A stretch of DNA of 64,000 nucleotides from Candidatus Harrisonbacteria bacterium RIFCSPHIGHO2_02_FULL_42_16 (GCA_001818695.1 MHJG01000003.1:4890-68889), one strand, 5' to 3'; numbered from the stretch's first letter, positions 1-8,694 are shown. Notes: a model not told the origin generated them from the letters alone. Numbers and translations: made by a program.

Positions 1-716
1 GTTCGGTGTTTCTTCTGGAAAATCTGCGTTTTCTGAAAGGCGAATCAAGAAATAGCATTGAATTGGCCGGAAAATTGGCGGGGTTAGGCGATATTTATAT
101 TAATGACGCTTTCGCGGTTTCTCACCGCCCCAATGCTTCGGTGGCCGGGATTGCCGGATTTTTACCGAGCTATGCCGGGTTGGAATTGGAAGCAGAAATT
201 AAAAATTTAAGCCGGATAATGAAAAATCCCAAAAAACCGCTTGTGATAATTCTTGGTGGAATAAAAATAAAAGATAAGTTGGGCGTTTACCGGAATTTAA
301 AAAATAAAGCGGAAACATTTTTAATCGGCGGCGCTTTAACGCCGAAAATTCTTAAATTAAAATTACCGAAAGTGGTTTGGTCTGAAGATTTTTTAAAAAA
401 GAATGGAATTATAAAAGATATCGGCAGGCGCAGTATTGCTAAATTTAAATCGGAGATTAAAAAAGCGGGCACGATAGTATGGAACGGGCCGGTTGGCGAT
501 ATTTATCAAAAACAATTCCAAAAAGGAACCGAAGAAATAGCCCGGGCCTTGGCGCGGAATAAAAAGGCGTTTACGGCGGTTGGCGGCGGAGAAACAGTAA
601 TGTTTTTAAAAAAATTGAAGCTGGACAAAAAGATGGATTTTATTTCCACCGGCGGCGGGGCGATGCTGGATTTTTTGGCGGGCAAGAAATTGCCCGGCAT
701 AGAAGCGTTAAAATGA
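1..716 (+). CDS. pgk: phosphoglycerate kinase (5' end outside window)
   Basis: LLENLRF, YINDAFAVSHR, WNGP, GGGET and ISTGGGA motifs. Confidence 0.95.
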   Translation, partial: SVFLLENLRFLKGESRNSIELAGKLAGLGDIYINDAFAVSHRPNASVAGIAGFLPSYAGLELEAEIKNLSRIMKNPKKPLVIILGGIKIKDKLGVYRNLKNKAETFLIGGALTPKILKLKLPKVVWSEDFLKKNGIIKDIGRRSIAKFKSEIKKAGTIVWNGPVGDIYQKQFQKGTEEIARALARNKKAFTAVGGGETVMFLKKLKLDKKMDFISTGGGAMLDFLAGKKLPGIEALK

Positions 717-1897
717 AAACTTTTAAAAATACCGATAAAGCTATAAAGCGCCTGCTTTTAGCTAAAAAAAGAAACGAAAAAATCGGCATTTGGGGAGATT
801 ACGACCCGGACGGAATTCCCGGGGCTTTTATTGTATACCAGGCATTGTTAAAAGCTAGTTATAATTCTAAAAATTTAACAGTGGTTTTACCGGACCAGAA
901 AAAATATGGTCGGAGCTTTCATCCATTTTATTTAAATTTTTTGAAAAGAAAAGGGGTTAGTTTAGTTATTGGAATAGATTTTGGAGGCGGTTCTGATTTT
1001 AATTCAATTAAAATCGCAAAAGAAAAAGGATTTGACATTATTATTTTAGACCATCATCCGCCAGGACCGAAAAAGCTACCGGCAATTTTAATTAACCCCA
1101 ATCAAAAAGGAGACAGTTATCCTTTTAAAAATTGGTCTGGCGGCGGAGTGGCTTATAAGTTTTTTGAATTTTTCTATAAAACAATTGGGTTAAATCCTAA
1201 AATTTTAGAAGAATTATTAGACGCCTTTGCAATTTCCATGGTTGCGGATGGAATTAAAGAAGATGGGGTAAATGCCGGTTATTTAACCAGGGGCATTAAT
1301 CTCATTAATAAAAAAGCGCGTTTAGGCATAAAAATGCTCTTAAAAGTTTCGCAAACCAAAAAAGTTTCAAAAAAAATAATGCTTTGGGGAGAAGATATTG
1401 ATTATGTTTTACGAGCTTCCATTTACGGAAATAATCGGAGGAATAATTTATTTCAATTATTATTAAGCGAGGACTGTAAAAAAACTTTTTTGATTGCCAA
1501 AGATGTTAAAAAACGTTTAAAAGATTTTAAAAAGGCAGTTTCCAAAATTATTTTTCAAGGAATAGAAAAACATAAAAAAGAAAAGAATTTAAAAGCTTTA
1601 GTTATGATTACCAATACGAAAACTAGCCGAGCATTGGGTATGGCGGCACATAAATTGGTTGAAACCCTCAATGTCCCAGTTTTTCTTTTAAAAAGAAAGG
1701 GTAAATATTATAACGGGTCTGCTCGCGGAGGCGATAATAATAGTAATCCATTTAATGTTTTGGCGGGATTAAATTTTTCTTCAAAATTATTGATTAATTT
1801 TGGTGGACATAAAGGCGCGTCCGGTTTTCAGATTAAAAAAGAAAATATCCAAAAATTTGAAGCGGCTGTGAAAAATTATTTTTCTATATACCATTAA
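713..1897 (+). CDS. DHH/DHHA1 phosphoesterase, RecJ-like exonuclease
   Basis: GDYDPDG, ILDHH, GSARG, FGGH motifs. Confidence 0.85.
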   Translation: MKTFKNTDKAIKRLLLAKKRNEKIGIWGDYDPDGIPGAFIVYQALLKASYNSKNLTVVLPDQKKYGRSFHPFYLNFLKRKGVSLVIGIDFGGGSDFNSIKIAKEKGFDIIILDHHPPGPKKLPAILINPNQKGDSYPFKNWSGGGVAYKFFEFFYKTIGLNPKILEELLDAFAISMVADGIKEDGVNAGYLTRGINLINKKARLGIKMLLKVSQTKKVSKKIMLWGEDIDYVLRASIYGNNRRNNLFQLLLSEDCKKTFLIAKDVKKRLKDFKKAVSKIIFQGIEKHKKEKNLKALVMITNTKTSRALGMAAHKLVETLNVPVFLLKRKGKYYNGSARGGDNNSNPFNVLAGLNFSSKLLINFGGHKGASGFQIKKENIQKFEAAVKNYFSIYH

Positions 1898-1929
1898 GCA
1901 TTCGCACTCCCCGTTGGGGAAAATAATTT

Positions 1930-2595
1930 ATGAAGCTCAATTCAAGAAAATATATAAAAATTCATAATCAGGAAAAAATCGGCAAGCACCGCCATTACGC
2001 TTATTTTTTGCCGAAGAATAATCAAGACGGAGTTTGCGATTCCTGGGAAGAATGCGCTAAAAAAGTTATCGGCGTAACTGGCGCCCGTTATCGCGGATTT
2101 TCGGATATTAAATCTGCGGAATACTGGTTGAAACAAGGCGCTGTTTATCAGGAAAGCCGGCAAAGGGAAAAGCCGAATTTATTGCCCGGTATTTATTTTG
2201 ATGCCGGAACCGGCCGGGGGCAAGGAGTGGAAATCAGCGTTACTAATGAAAAAGGGGAGAATTTATTAAATAAAGTTATGCCCCGCAAAAAAATCAACCG
2301 GCACGAAAAACATTTAATTTTAAAACCGGTAACTAATAACTACGGAGAATTGCTGGCTTTGAGTTATGCCTTAAAATTAGCCGTTAAAACCGGAATTAAG
2401 AGGATTTTTGGGGATAGCCGGCTGATTATTGATTATTGGTCTCAAGGAAAAATCCGGCGCGCTCAAGTGGAATCCGCGACAGTCCGTTTAGCGGAAAATA
2501 CGCGTAAATTAAGAATATCTTTTGAAAAATCAGGCGGAAAAGTGGAGTATGTTTCCGGAGACGACAACCCGGCGGATTTGGGGTTTCATCGGTAG
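1930..2595 (+). CDS. rnhA: ribonuclease HI with N-terminal viroplasmin/hybrid-binding domain
   Basis: SWEEC..V.G..GARYRGF N-domain; YFDAGT, TNNYGEL, GDS, NPADLGFH catalytic motifs. Confidence 0.85.
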   Translation: MKLNSRKYIKIHNQEKIGKHRHYAYFLPKNNQDGVCDSWEECAKKVIGVTGARYRGFSDIKSAEYWLKQGAVYQESRQREKPNLLPGIYFDAGTGRGQGVEISVTNEKGENLLNKVMPRKKINRHEKHLILKPVTNNYGELLALSYALKLAVKTGIKRIFGDSRLIIDYWSQGKIRRAQVESATVRLAENTRKLRISFEKSGGKVEYVSGDDNPADLGFHR

Positions 2596-2635
2596 GGTAC
2601 TTGTTTTTTGTATTTGGATATGCTATACTATATAT

Positions 2636-2737
2636 AGTGAGTGAGGATTTCAATTCCTCAGCGACGATATCGACTAAGGAATTAAAACCCCTTCGCTATT
2701 TGTAGCCAAAAACCCCGCAAGGGGTTTTTGGTTTTTA
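2636..2737 (+). ncRNA. candidate small structured RNA
   Basis: TTGTTT-N17-TATACT promoter (2601-2629), internal hairpins, GCAA-loop terminator 2706-2736, no ORF. Confidence 0.4.
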
Positions 2738-2742
2738 TGCAC

Positions 2743-2882
2743 TTGTCGCATTTTACTTTTCACTTTATAATATATTTGAGTGGTAGGAGAGCACTCACTA
2801 AATACAAATAGCATTTTGGAGGTCACCACTACCACTCATCCAAATACATCAAGTTTTGGCGTTTTTGGATGAGTGGTATTTT
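2743..2882 (+). promoter_or_regulatory. hpf promoter and switch-like leader
   Basis: TTGTCG-N17-TATAAT; mutually exclusive stems 2777-2786/2829-2838 and 2830-2844/2864-2878. Confidence 0.5.
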
Positions 2883-2887
2883 AATTT

Positions 2888-3214
2888 ATGCGTTTTACTA
2901 TAAAATCAACCGGTTTTGAATTGACGCCGGCATTACAGCAGGAATTGGAGAAAAAATTTATCGGTTTTGATAAATATCTTAAACGTTGGGATAAAGACGG
3001 CGCGGCGCTTTTGGAAATTGAAGTGGCGAAAACCACTAATCATCACAATAAGGGGCAGATATTTTATGCGGAAGCTAATTTACAGCTTCCGAACATAAAG
3101 TTAATAAGAATTGAAGAAAATAGCGATACCCCGCATTCCGCGATTGACGGATTAAGAAATCGATTGAAAAAAGATATTTTACGCCTAAAGGGCAAACTGG
3201 CAAAACGCCGCTAA
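2888..3214 (+). CDS. hpf: ribosome hibernation promoting factor / RaiA (short form)
   Basis: M..TIKSTGFELTPAL start, HHNKGQIFYAEANL, AID motif. Confidence 0.85.
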   Translation: MRFTIKSTGFELTPALQQELEKKFIGFDKYLKRWDKDGAALLEIEVAKTTNHHNKGQIFYAEANLQLPNIKLIRIEENSDTPHSAIDGLRNRLKKDILRLKGKLAKRR

Positions 3215-3250
3215 ATTATTTATAATAAGAGCACTCTTATTCATATTGAT

Positions 3251-5623
3251 ATGAGCATGCTTAATTTTTTATTTGACCCGGCAAAAAAATTGAAAAAACG
3301 GGTAGCCGAGATTAATGCTTTAGAAAAAGAAATCACCGTTTTAAATGACAGCCAGCTTAAAGAGGAAAGTAAGAAACTGCAGGAACAAGCCAGAAATGGA
3401 ATTTCATTAGACGATTTATTGCCTAAGGCCTTTGCTTTGGCGAGAGAGGCGGCGAAAAGAACTCTTGGTCAGCGGCATTTTGACGTCCAGTTGATGGGCG
3501 GTATTGTTTTGCATCAGGGGAAAATCGCGGAAATGGCGACCGGCGAAGGAAAAACTTTGGCTTCCACCGCGCCGATTTATTTGAACGCTTTGGAAGGTAA
3601 GGGCGCGCACGTGGTAACCGTAAATGAATATCTTGCGAAAAGAGATGCAGTTTGGATGGGACAGATTTATCACGCGCTTGGATTAAGCGTGGCTTGCCTG
3701 GTGCATGAAGGCGCGTTGCTGTATGACCCGGCCCATATTGTTTTTGATGCCGAAAAGCTCGTGGACAAGGAACGTGATGTTACCGGAAGTTACCTGGTTC
3801 AAGAAGAATATCTCCGGCCTATTTCCAGGCAAGACGCTTATTTCGCGGATATTACTTACGGTACCAATCATGAATTTGGATTTGATTATTTAAGGGATAA
3901 TTTGGCGCATTCAAAAGATTCGCAAACGCAGAAAAATAAGCGCAATTTTGCCGTTGTTGACGAGATTGACAGTATTTTAATTGACGAAGCGAGAACGCCG
4001 CTAATTATTTCCGCGCCGGATGCCGAATCCAGTGATGCTTATAGGGCATTTTCCCGAATCGCGGCGGCGCTTAAAAAAGACGAGGATTATCTGGTGGATG
4101 AAAAATTTCACTCGGTTGATATCACCGAATCCGGCATTGATAAGGTGGAAAAAGCGCTGAAAATAAAAAATATTTACGGGCCGGAACATTCCCGGCTGAC
4201 GCATTATCTTCAGGAAAGTTTGAAAGCCCAGGCGCTTTTCAAGCGGGATAAGGACTATGTAGCCCAAAATAATGAAATTATAATCGTTGACCAGAACACC
4301 GGCCGGCTGATGCTTGGCCGGCGGTATTCCGGAGGTTTGCATCAGGCGATTGAGGCCAAAGAAGGCGTTCGGGTCCAGCAGGAATCCCGCACCTACGCCC
4401 AAATTACCATTCAGAATTATTTCCGGCTTTATAAAAAATTGGCGGGAATGACCGGTACGGCGCAGACCTCTGCGGAAGAATTTGATAAGGTGTACGATTT
4501 GCCGGTTGTTAGCATACCTACCAATAAGCCGCTGGCGCGCCAGGACCTGCCGGACTTGATTTATAAAAATCAAGACGCGAAATACCGCGCGGTTGCCGAA
4601 GACATTAAGAAAAGGCAAAAAGCCGGCCAGCCGGTGCTGGTAGGCACGATTTCTATTGAAAAAAATGAATTATTGTCGCGCTATTTGAATAGCGTCGGCG
4701 TGAAGCATGAAATTTTGAATGCTAAAAACCACGCGCGGGAAGGGGAAATTATCGCCCAAGCCGGAAAAGCGGGCGCGGTAACGCTGGCCACCAATATGGC
4801 GGGGAGGGGAGTGGATATTGTATTGGGAGGAAACCCACAGGATATTTTAGAAAGCGAAAAAGTGAAAAATCTCGGCGGTTTGCACGTGATTGGCACAGAA
4901 CGGCACGATGCCCGTCGCATAGATAATCAGCTTCGCGGCCGTTCCGGCCGGCAGGGCGATCCCGGGCTGTCCCAATTCTTTTTATCCTTAGAAGACGATT
5001 TAATGCGGATTTTTGGCGGAGACAAAATTAAAAATTTAATGGAGCGGTTGGATGTTCCGGAAGATATGCCGATTGAATCTGGATTTGTTTCTAAGGCGGT
5101 TTCTCAGGCGCAATCTCGCGTGGAAGGATTTAATTTTGACGCCCGCAAGCATCTGCTGGATTATGACGATATTTTAAATAAACAGCGTGTTACTATTTAT
5201 GAAAAACGGCAGAAATTCTTGGAAGAAAATTCCGCGCCGCAAATTTTATCCGCTTTGGATATGCTTTGGATGAATCATCTGGAAAATATGGAAGCGTTGC
5301 GGGAATCGGTGCGTCTGCGCGCTTACGGCCAGCATGAACCGTTAGTAGAATATCGGCGGGAAGGGCACCTATTGTTCCAGCAACTGTTAGCGGATTTTGA
5401 TAAATGGTTAAGCGAAAATAAAGAGAATTTACAAAAAAATTTAAATGATAAAGTTCAAATGTCAAATCGAGCCAAAAATTCTAATGACCAAGTTATTAGA
5501 AATTTGCCATTAGGAATCAGCAATTTTCAATCTGGCAAGATTGGAAGAAATGACCCTTGTCCGTGCGGAGCGAAGGATAGTGGGGGACATTCTATTAAAT
5601 ACAAACGTTGTCATGGTAGCTAA
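3251..5623 (+). CDS. secA: preprotein translocase ATPase SecA
   Basis: EMATGEGKT, DEIDSILIDEARTPLIIS, ATNMAGRG, QLRGRSGRQGDPG, GRNDPCPCG. Confidence 0.99.
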   Translation: MSMLNFLFDPAKKLKKRVAEINALEKEITVLNDSQLKEESKKLQEQARNGISLDDLLPKAFALAREAAKRTLGQRHFDVQLMGGIVLHQGKIAEMATGEGKTLASTAPIYLNALEGKGAHVVTVNEYLAKRDAVWMGQIYHALGLSVACLVHEGALLYDPAHIVFDAEKLVDKERDVTGSYLVQEEYLRPISRQDAYFADITYGTNHEFGFDYLRDNLAHSKDSQTQKNKRNFAVVDEIDSILIDEARTPLIISAPDAESSDAYRAFSRIAAALKKDEDYLVDEKFHSVDITESGIDKVEKALKIKNIYGPEHSRLTHYLQESLKAQALFKRDKDYVAQNNEIIIVDQNTGRLMLGRRYSGGLHQAIEAKEGVRVQQESRTYAQITIQNYFRLYKKLAGMTGTAQTSAEEFDKVYDLPVVSIPTNKPLARQDLPDLIYKNQDAKYRAVAEDIKKRQKAGQPVLVGTISIEKNELLSRYLNSVGVKHEILNAKNHAREGEIIAQAGKAGAVTLATNMAGRGVDIVLGGNPQDILESEKVKNLGGLHVIGTERHDARRIDNQLRGRSGRQGDPGLSQFFLSLEDDLMRIFGGDKIKNLMERLDVPEDMPIESGFVSKAVSQAQSRVEGFNFDARKHLLDYDDILNKQRVTIYEKRQKFLEENSAPQILSALDMLWMNHLENMEALRESVRLRAYGQHEPLVEYRREGHLLFQQLLADFDKWLSENKENLQKNLNDKVQMSNRAKNSNDQVIRNLPLGISNFQSGKIGRNDPCPCGAKDSGGHSIKYKRCHGS

Positions 5624-5650
5624 AATGATATTATTGAAAGATAAAGCGAA

Positions 5651-5679
5651 GTCCCGCCAAAGCTTTAGCGACGGCGGAC
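5651..5679. repeat. REP-like short palindrome (CCCGCC-AAAGCTTTAGCG-ACGGCGG family)
   Basis: imperfect GC hairpin; related copy at 44260-44286 inside ychF. Confidence 0.55.
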
Positions 5680-5721
5680 GGGAGCAGGAAAAAATATAAA
5701 AGGTGTCACATGATGCAGGGA

Positions 5722-5754
5722 TAAAAAAAGGCCCCATCGCCGTAGCAATAGGGG
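5722..5754 (-). terminator. intrinsic terminator after the tRNA-like RNA
   Basis: minus strand CCCCTATTGC-TACG-GCGATGGGG-CC followed by T7. Confidence 0.75.
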
Positions 5755-5760
5755 AAGAAC

Positions 5761-5865
5761 TGTGTGGGGTGACGGGATTGGTACCCGCACCTCTCGGCTT
5801 ATCCGGTTTTTTTCTAGGAGTCGTTGCTCCACCGAGCGCTCTGCATCCGAGCCGCACCCCACACA
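5761..5865 (-). ncRNA. tRNA-like RNA with enlarged anticodon loop
   Basis: 11-bp acceptor stem, D-stem GCTC/GAGC, stem CTCGG/CCGAG around a 34-nt loop, T-arm GCGGG-TACCAAT-CCCGT; own promoter and terminator. Confidence 0.7.
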
Positions 5866-5873
5866 TTGTCAAT

Positions 5874-5901
5874 AGTATAGCAAATCCACAGAATCTGTCA
5901 A
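5874..5901 (-). promoter_or_regulatory. sigma70 promoter for the tRNA-like RNA
   Basis: TTGACA-N16-TATACT with extended -10 TG. Confidence 0.75.
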
Positions 5902-6037
5902 TAGCTAAAAAATGGCTTAAAATAAGGATAAATTAGCCCCGTGGCATTTAGCAAATTTCAAGAAGTAACAAAAGTGTCATGGGGCGTAGGGATAAGAAAA
6001 AAGCCCCGTTTGGTAAACGAGGCTACGGGCAATGATC

Positions 6038-6241
6038 TTAATCGGTTGAGTGTGGGCAAGACACGGCCAGACCCATAATTAGTCGGAAATGCTCACAGCA
6101 GACATAAGCAGTAAGATTATGCCTGACGGGATTTGGATCATCTGACATGATTTCTTCGCCGACTTTATGGGTAGCGGGGATTTTACAGATCGAGCAATAT
6201 TCGCCCAGACAAGAAGCAGAAACGAAATGTGCCATAGCCAT
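6038..6241 (-). CDS. small Cys/His-rich (probably Zn-binding) hypothetical protein
   Basis: GGAGG RBS; CxxC, THK, CCxH; terminator 5998-6025. Confidence 0.7.
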   Translation of the reverse strand: MAMAHFVSASCLGEYCSICKIPATHKVGEEIMSDDPNPVRHNLTAYVCCEHFRLIMGLAVSCPHSTD

Positions 6242-6362
6242 CCTCCCTATATGATATTGAAAGGTCTGGATTTAATATGGCAAATCCATGTGTATTAGTC
6301 AATAAGCTACTAAAAGTGTCATTGGAAATAAGGTAATTATTTGCTAAAATTAAATTATTATA

Positions 6363-6716
6363 ATGTCTATAAAAATTATTAAAGATAATATCAGTATTGC
6401 CGAACTTAAGGAAATAGCTAAAGAAGAATTCGGCGATGTAATAAAAGCAGTCGTGGATGTAGAACAAGAGATTATGGCGGTGGGCGGCGAGCTTCATGCG
6501 GACGAAGAGGTATTGCTCATGGATAATAAAGGTTCTTTGCGCGAGAATACTTGGGGAATCAATCTTTACCTGGAAAAATCAGGAGATGATTTTATTGAGT
6601 TTGATTCTATGGTTAATATTAAACCGGCTTTCGGAAATCGCTCGCGAGGAGTGGAAAATGAGGAAATTCGGGAAAAAATCAAGAAAATAGTTAAAAAAAT
6701 AGTCCCTCACCCTTGA
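6363..6716 (+). CDS. DUF5674-like protein
   Basis: KAVVD..GGELHADEE..WGINLY..FDSMVNIKP pattern. Confidence 0.75.
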   Translation: MSIKIIKDNISIAELKEIAKEEFGDVIKAVVDVEQEIMAVGGELHADEEVLLMDNKGSLRENTWGINLYLEKSGDDFIEFDSMVNIKPAFGNRSRGVENEEIREKIKKIVKKIVPHP

Positions 6717-7126
6717 AGCATTGATCCCTCACCCTTAAAGGATAGATATTTATAAAAATTTATGTGTATTTATAGTGAGTGTATGAAAATCAGTCGAAGT
6801 ATTAATCAGCGGAGCATTGTATTTGCTTTCGCAATCCTTTAAGGGTGAGGGATGGATTATGTTTTGCGTCTATATATTAAGGTCAAAATTAGACAAAAGC
6901 TTTTATATCGGTTTTGCTGAAAATTTAAAAGAAAGATTAGCAAAACATAATAAAGGCCTGGTATTATCAACTAAAAATCTGCGGCCTATGGAATTAATCT
7001 ACGCTGAAGCGTATAAATCTAAAAAAGACGCTCTTATTCGTGAAAAACGGCTGAAGCAATTTGCTAAGGGCTTTGCCTCTCTAAAGGGACGACTTAAATA
7101 TTCCTTGATGCTTCAAGGGTGAGGGA
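6703..7126. mobile_element. TIR-bounded GIY-YIG element containing a nested MITE (6724-6853)
   Basis: perfect 19-bp outer IR 6703-6721/7108-7126; perfect 20-bp inner IR 6724-6743/6834-6853. Confidence 0.65.
6859..7122 (+). CDS. small GIY-YIG nuclease
   Basis: VYIL..FYIG..LKERL..HN.G..Y.EAY..K.DA..RE; ATG 6859 preferred over TTG 6817. Confidence 0.92.
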   Translation: MFCVYILRSKLDKSFYIGFAENLKERLAKHNKGLVLSTKNLRPMELIYAEAYKSKKDALIREKRLKQFAKGFASLKGRLKYSLMLQG

Positions 7127-7458
7127 TGAGAAATTTTATTCATAAGGAGTTATCAGCTGGCGGGTGGCAGAAACTTTCTTTAAAAGAACAGTTGGGAAAT
7201 ATTGGCAGCGAGGTCTCGCGGGCGGCGCGGTGGCGGGGCAAAGATGAAAAATTATTTTGGGGGGCGGTGGAGCGGGGATTGGAACTTTTTGATTTAACGC
7301 TGGCGGATTCACGCTGGAAAGGGCGGCGTTGGGAAATTGCCCGCGCTCGCGAGGTATTTTGCGACGCAGTTTATGGAGGGAAGCTTTATAAAAGTTCATT
7401 GACGGAATTGATTCCGTATTTTGACCTATTTGCTTTAGCCGTTAAGCAAAAAATATAA
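7126..7458 (+). CDS. hypothetical helical protein
   Basis: intact ORF with W..LSL.EQLGNIGSEV.RA; start codon overlaps the TIR end. Confidence 0.75.
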   Translation: MRNFIHKELSAGGWQKLSLKEQLGNIGSEVSRAARWRGKDEKLFWGAVERGLELFDLTLADSRWKGRRWEIARAREVFCDAVYGGKLYKSSLTELIPYFDLFALAVKQKI

Positions 7459-7466
7459 AAAATGTC

Positions 7467-8249
7467 ATGGAAAATAAAAATATAAAACTTATTTCTTTAA
7501 ATACTTGGGCGGGCAGAGCATTGTACCCGCTGATGCATTTTTTTAGAAAATGGAAAGAAGATGTCGATATTTTTTGTCTTCAGGAGGTGCAAAATATTGA
7601 CCAAAGAATCGCGGATGAACGGCATCCTGACGAGCATATTTGCGGACCGCTTTTTGATAAAATTTCATCGGAACTAAAAGATTTTGAGGGGTCATTTGCA
7701 TTTTTTGACGATGATGCGCGGCGCATGAGCTTGGCTGTATTTATAAGGCGGGGATTGCCAGTAAAAACCGTAGAGGATTTTATCGTGTATAAGCCCGAAC
7801 AACCGAAAGAAACGGGCAGTAGGATGTTAACTTCCCGTAAATTGCAATATATAACATTAGATTTAAATGGCAGAAAGCTTATTGTCATAAATTATCATGG
7901 ATTATGGAATGGCGGCCCAAAAATAGACACTCCCGAGCGCATAGAGCAATCTAATAAAGTTAGCGAGTTTTTGAATAAATTTAACAGCTCTAAAATTTTA
8001 TGCGGGGATTTTAATATTTTGCCGAACACGCAATCTATTAAAATATTAGAAAAAGGGATGCGTAATCTTATAAAAGAATACAATATTAGTTCTACGCGAA
8101 CTCCTCTTTATAGGCATTATGAAAATTCTGATGAGCCCAATTTTGCGGATTATATATTATTAACGGATGATATCCATGTGAAAGATTTCAGAATTTTACC
8201 TGATATTGTTTCAGACCATTCGCCGCTATATTTAGAATTTTCTTTTTAA
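7467..8249 (+). CDS. endonuclease/exonuclease/phosphatase (EEP) family protein
   Basis: SLN, CLQE, CGDFN, DY, SDH motifs. Confidence 0.92.
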   Translation: MENKNIKLISLNTWAGRALYPLMHFFRKWKEDVDIFCLQEVQNIDQRIADERHPDEHICGPLFDKISSELKDFEGSFAFFDDDARRMSLAVFIRRGLPVKTVEDFIVYKPEQPKETGSRMLTSRKLQYITLDLNGRKLIVINYHGLWNGGPKIDTPERIEQSNKVSEFLNKFNSSKILCGDFNILPNTQSIKILEKGMRNLIKEYNISSTRTPLYRHYENSDEPNFADYILLTDDIHVKDFRILPDIVSDHSPLYLEFSF

Positions 8250-8270
8250 TGCGGCGTATTAGGAAATGTC

Positions 8271-8694
8271 ATGGAAAATAAAAAAGAATATCCGAAAACT
8301 GGAATAGCGGTGATGGTTATAAAAGAAAGCAAGGTGTTGCTTGGCAAGCGCAAGAACGCGCATGGGGCGGGCGATTATGCTTTTCCTGGCGGGAAGATTA
8401 GAGTGGTGGGAGTCCTTTAAAGAATGCGCGAAAAGAGAGACGATGGAAGAAACAGGCATAGAGATTCAGAATATCAGATTTCTTCGCCTCCTGAATTTCA
8501 AATTTTATGATAAACATTTTATTGATGTGGGTGTTGTCGTTGATTGGAAAAATGGAGAACCGAGGGTATTAGAACCGGAAAAATGCGAAGGATGGGATTG
8601 GTATGATATTGATAATTTGCCCAGTCCTTTATATAAAGGATGCGTTAGCGCTATTGAGGCGTTTAAGACAGGTAAAAATTATTTTGATGCATAA
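8271..8694 (+). pseudogene. Nudix hydrolase with a frameshift near 8394-8398
   Basis: ATG 8271 frame reads ...VLLGKRKNAHGAGDYAFPGGK; the Nudix box LEWWESFKECAKRETMEETG continues in another frame. Confidence 0.8.

Noticed and set aside
4001-4618. Long antisense ORFs (also 59872-60363, 62324-62788, 52310-52738)
   Set aside because: Shadows of well-supported genes on the opposite strand
5761-5865. tmRNA or canonical tRNA
   Set aside because: No G3-U70, tag ORF or NCCA; anticodon and T loops are non-canonical. Kept as a tRNA-like RNA
5510-5936. ORFs 5510-5872, 5665-5862 and 5703-5936
   Set aside because: They overlap the structured RNA, its terminator and secA; no protein-like features
5936-5985. 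Small MITE GCCCCGTGGCA...TGTCATGGGGC
   Set aside because: Imperfect IR, no exact target duplication, single copy in the window
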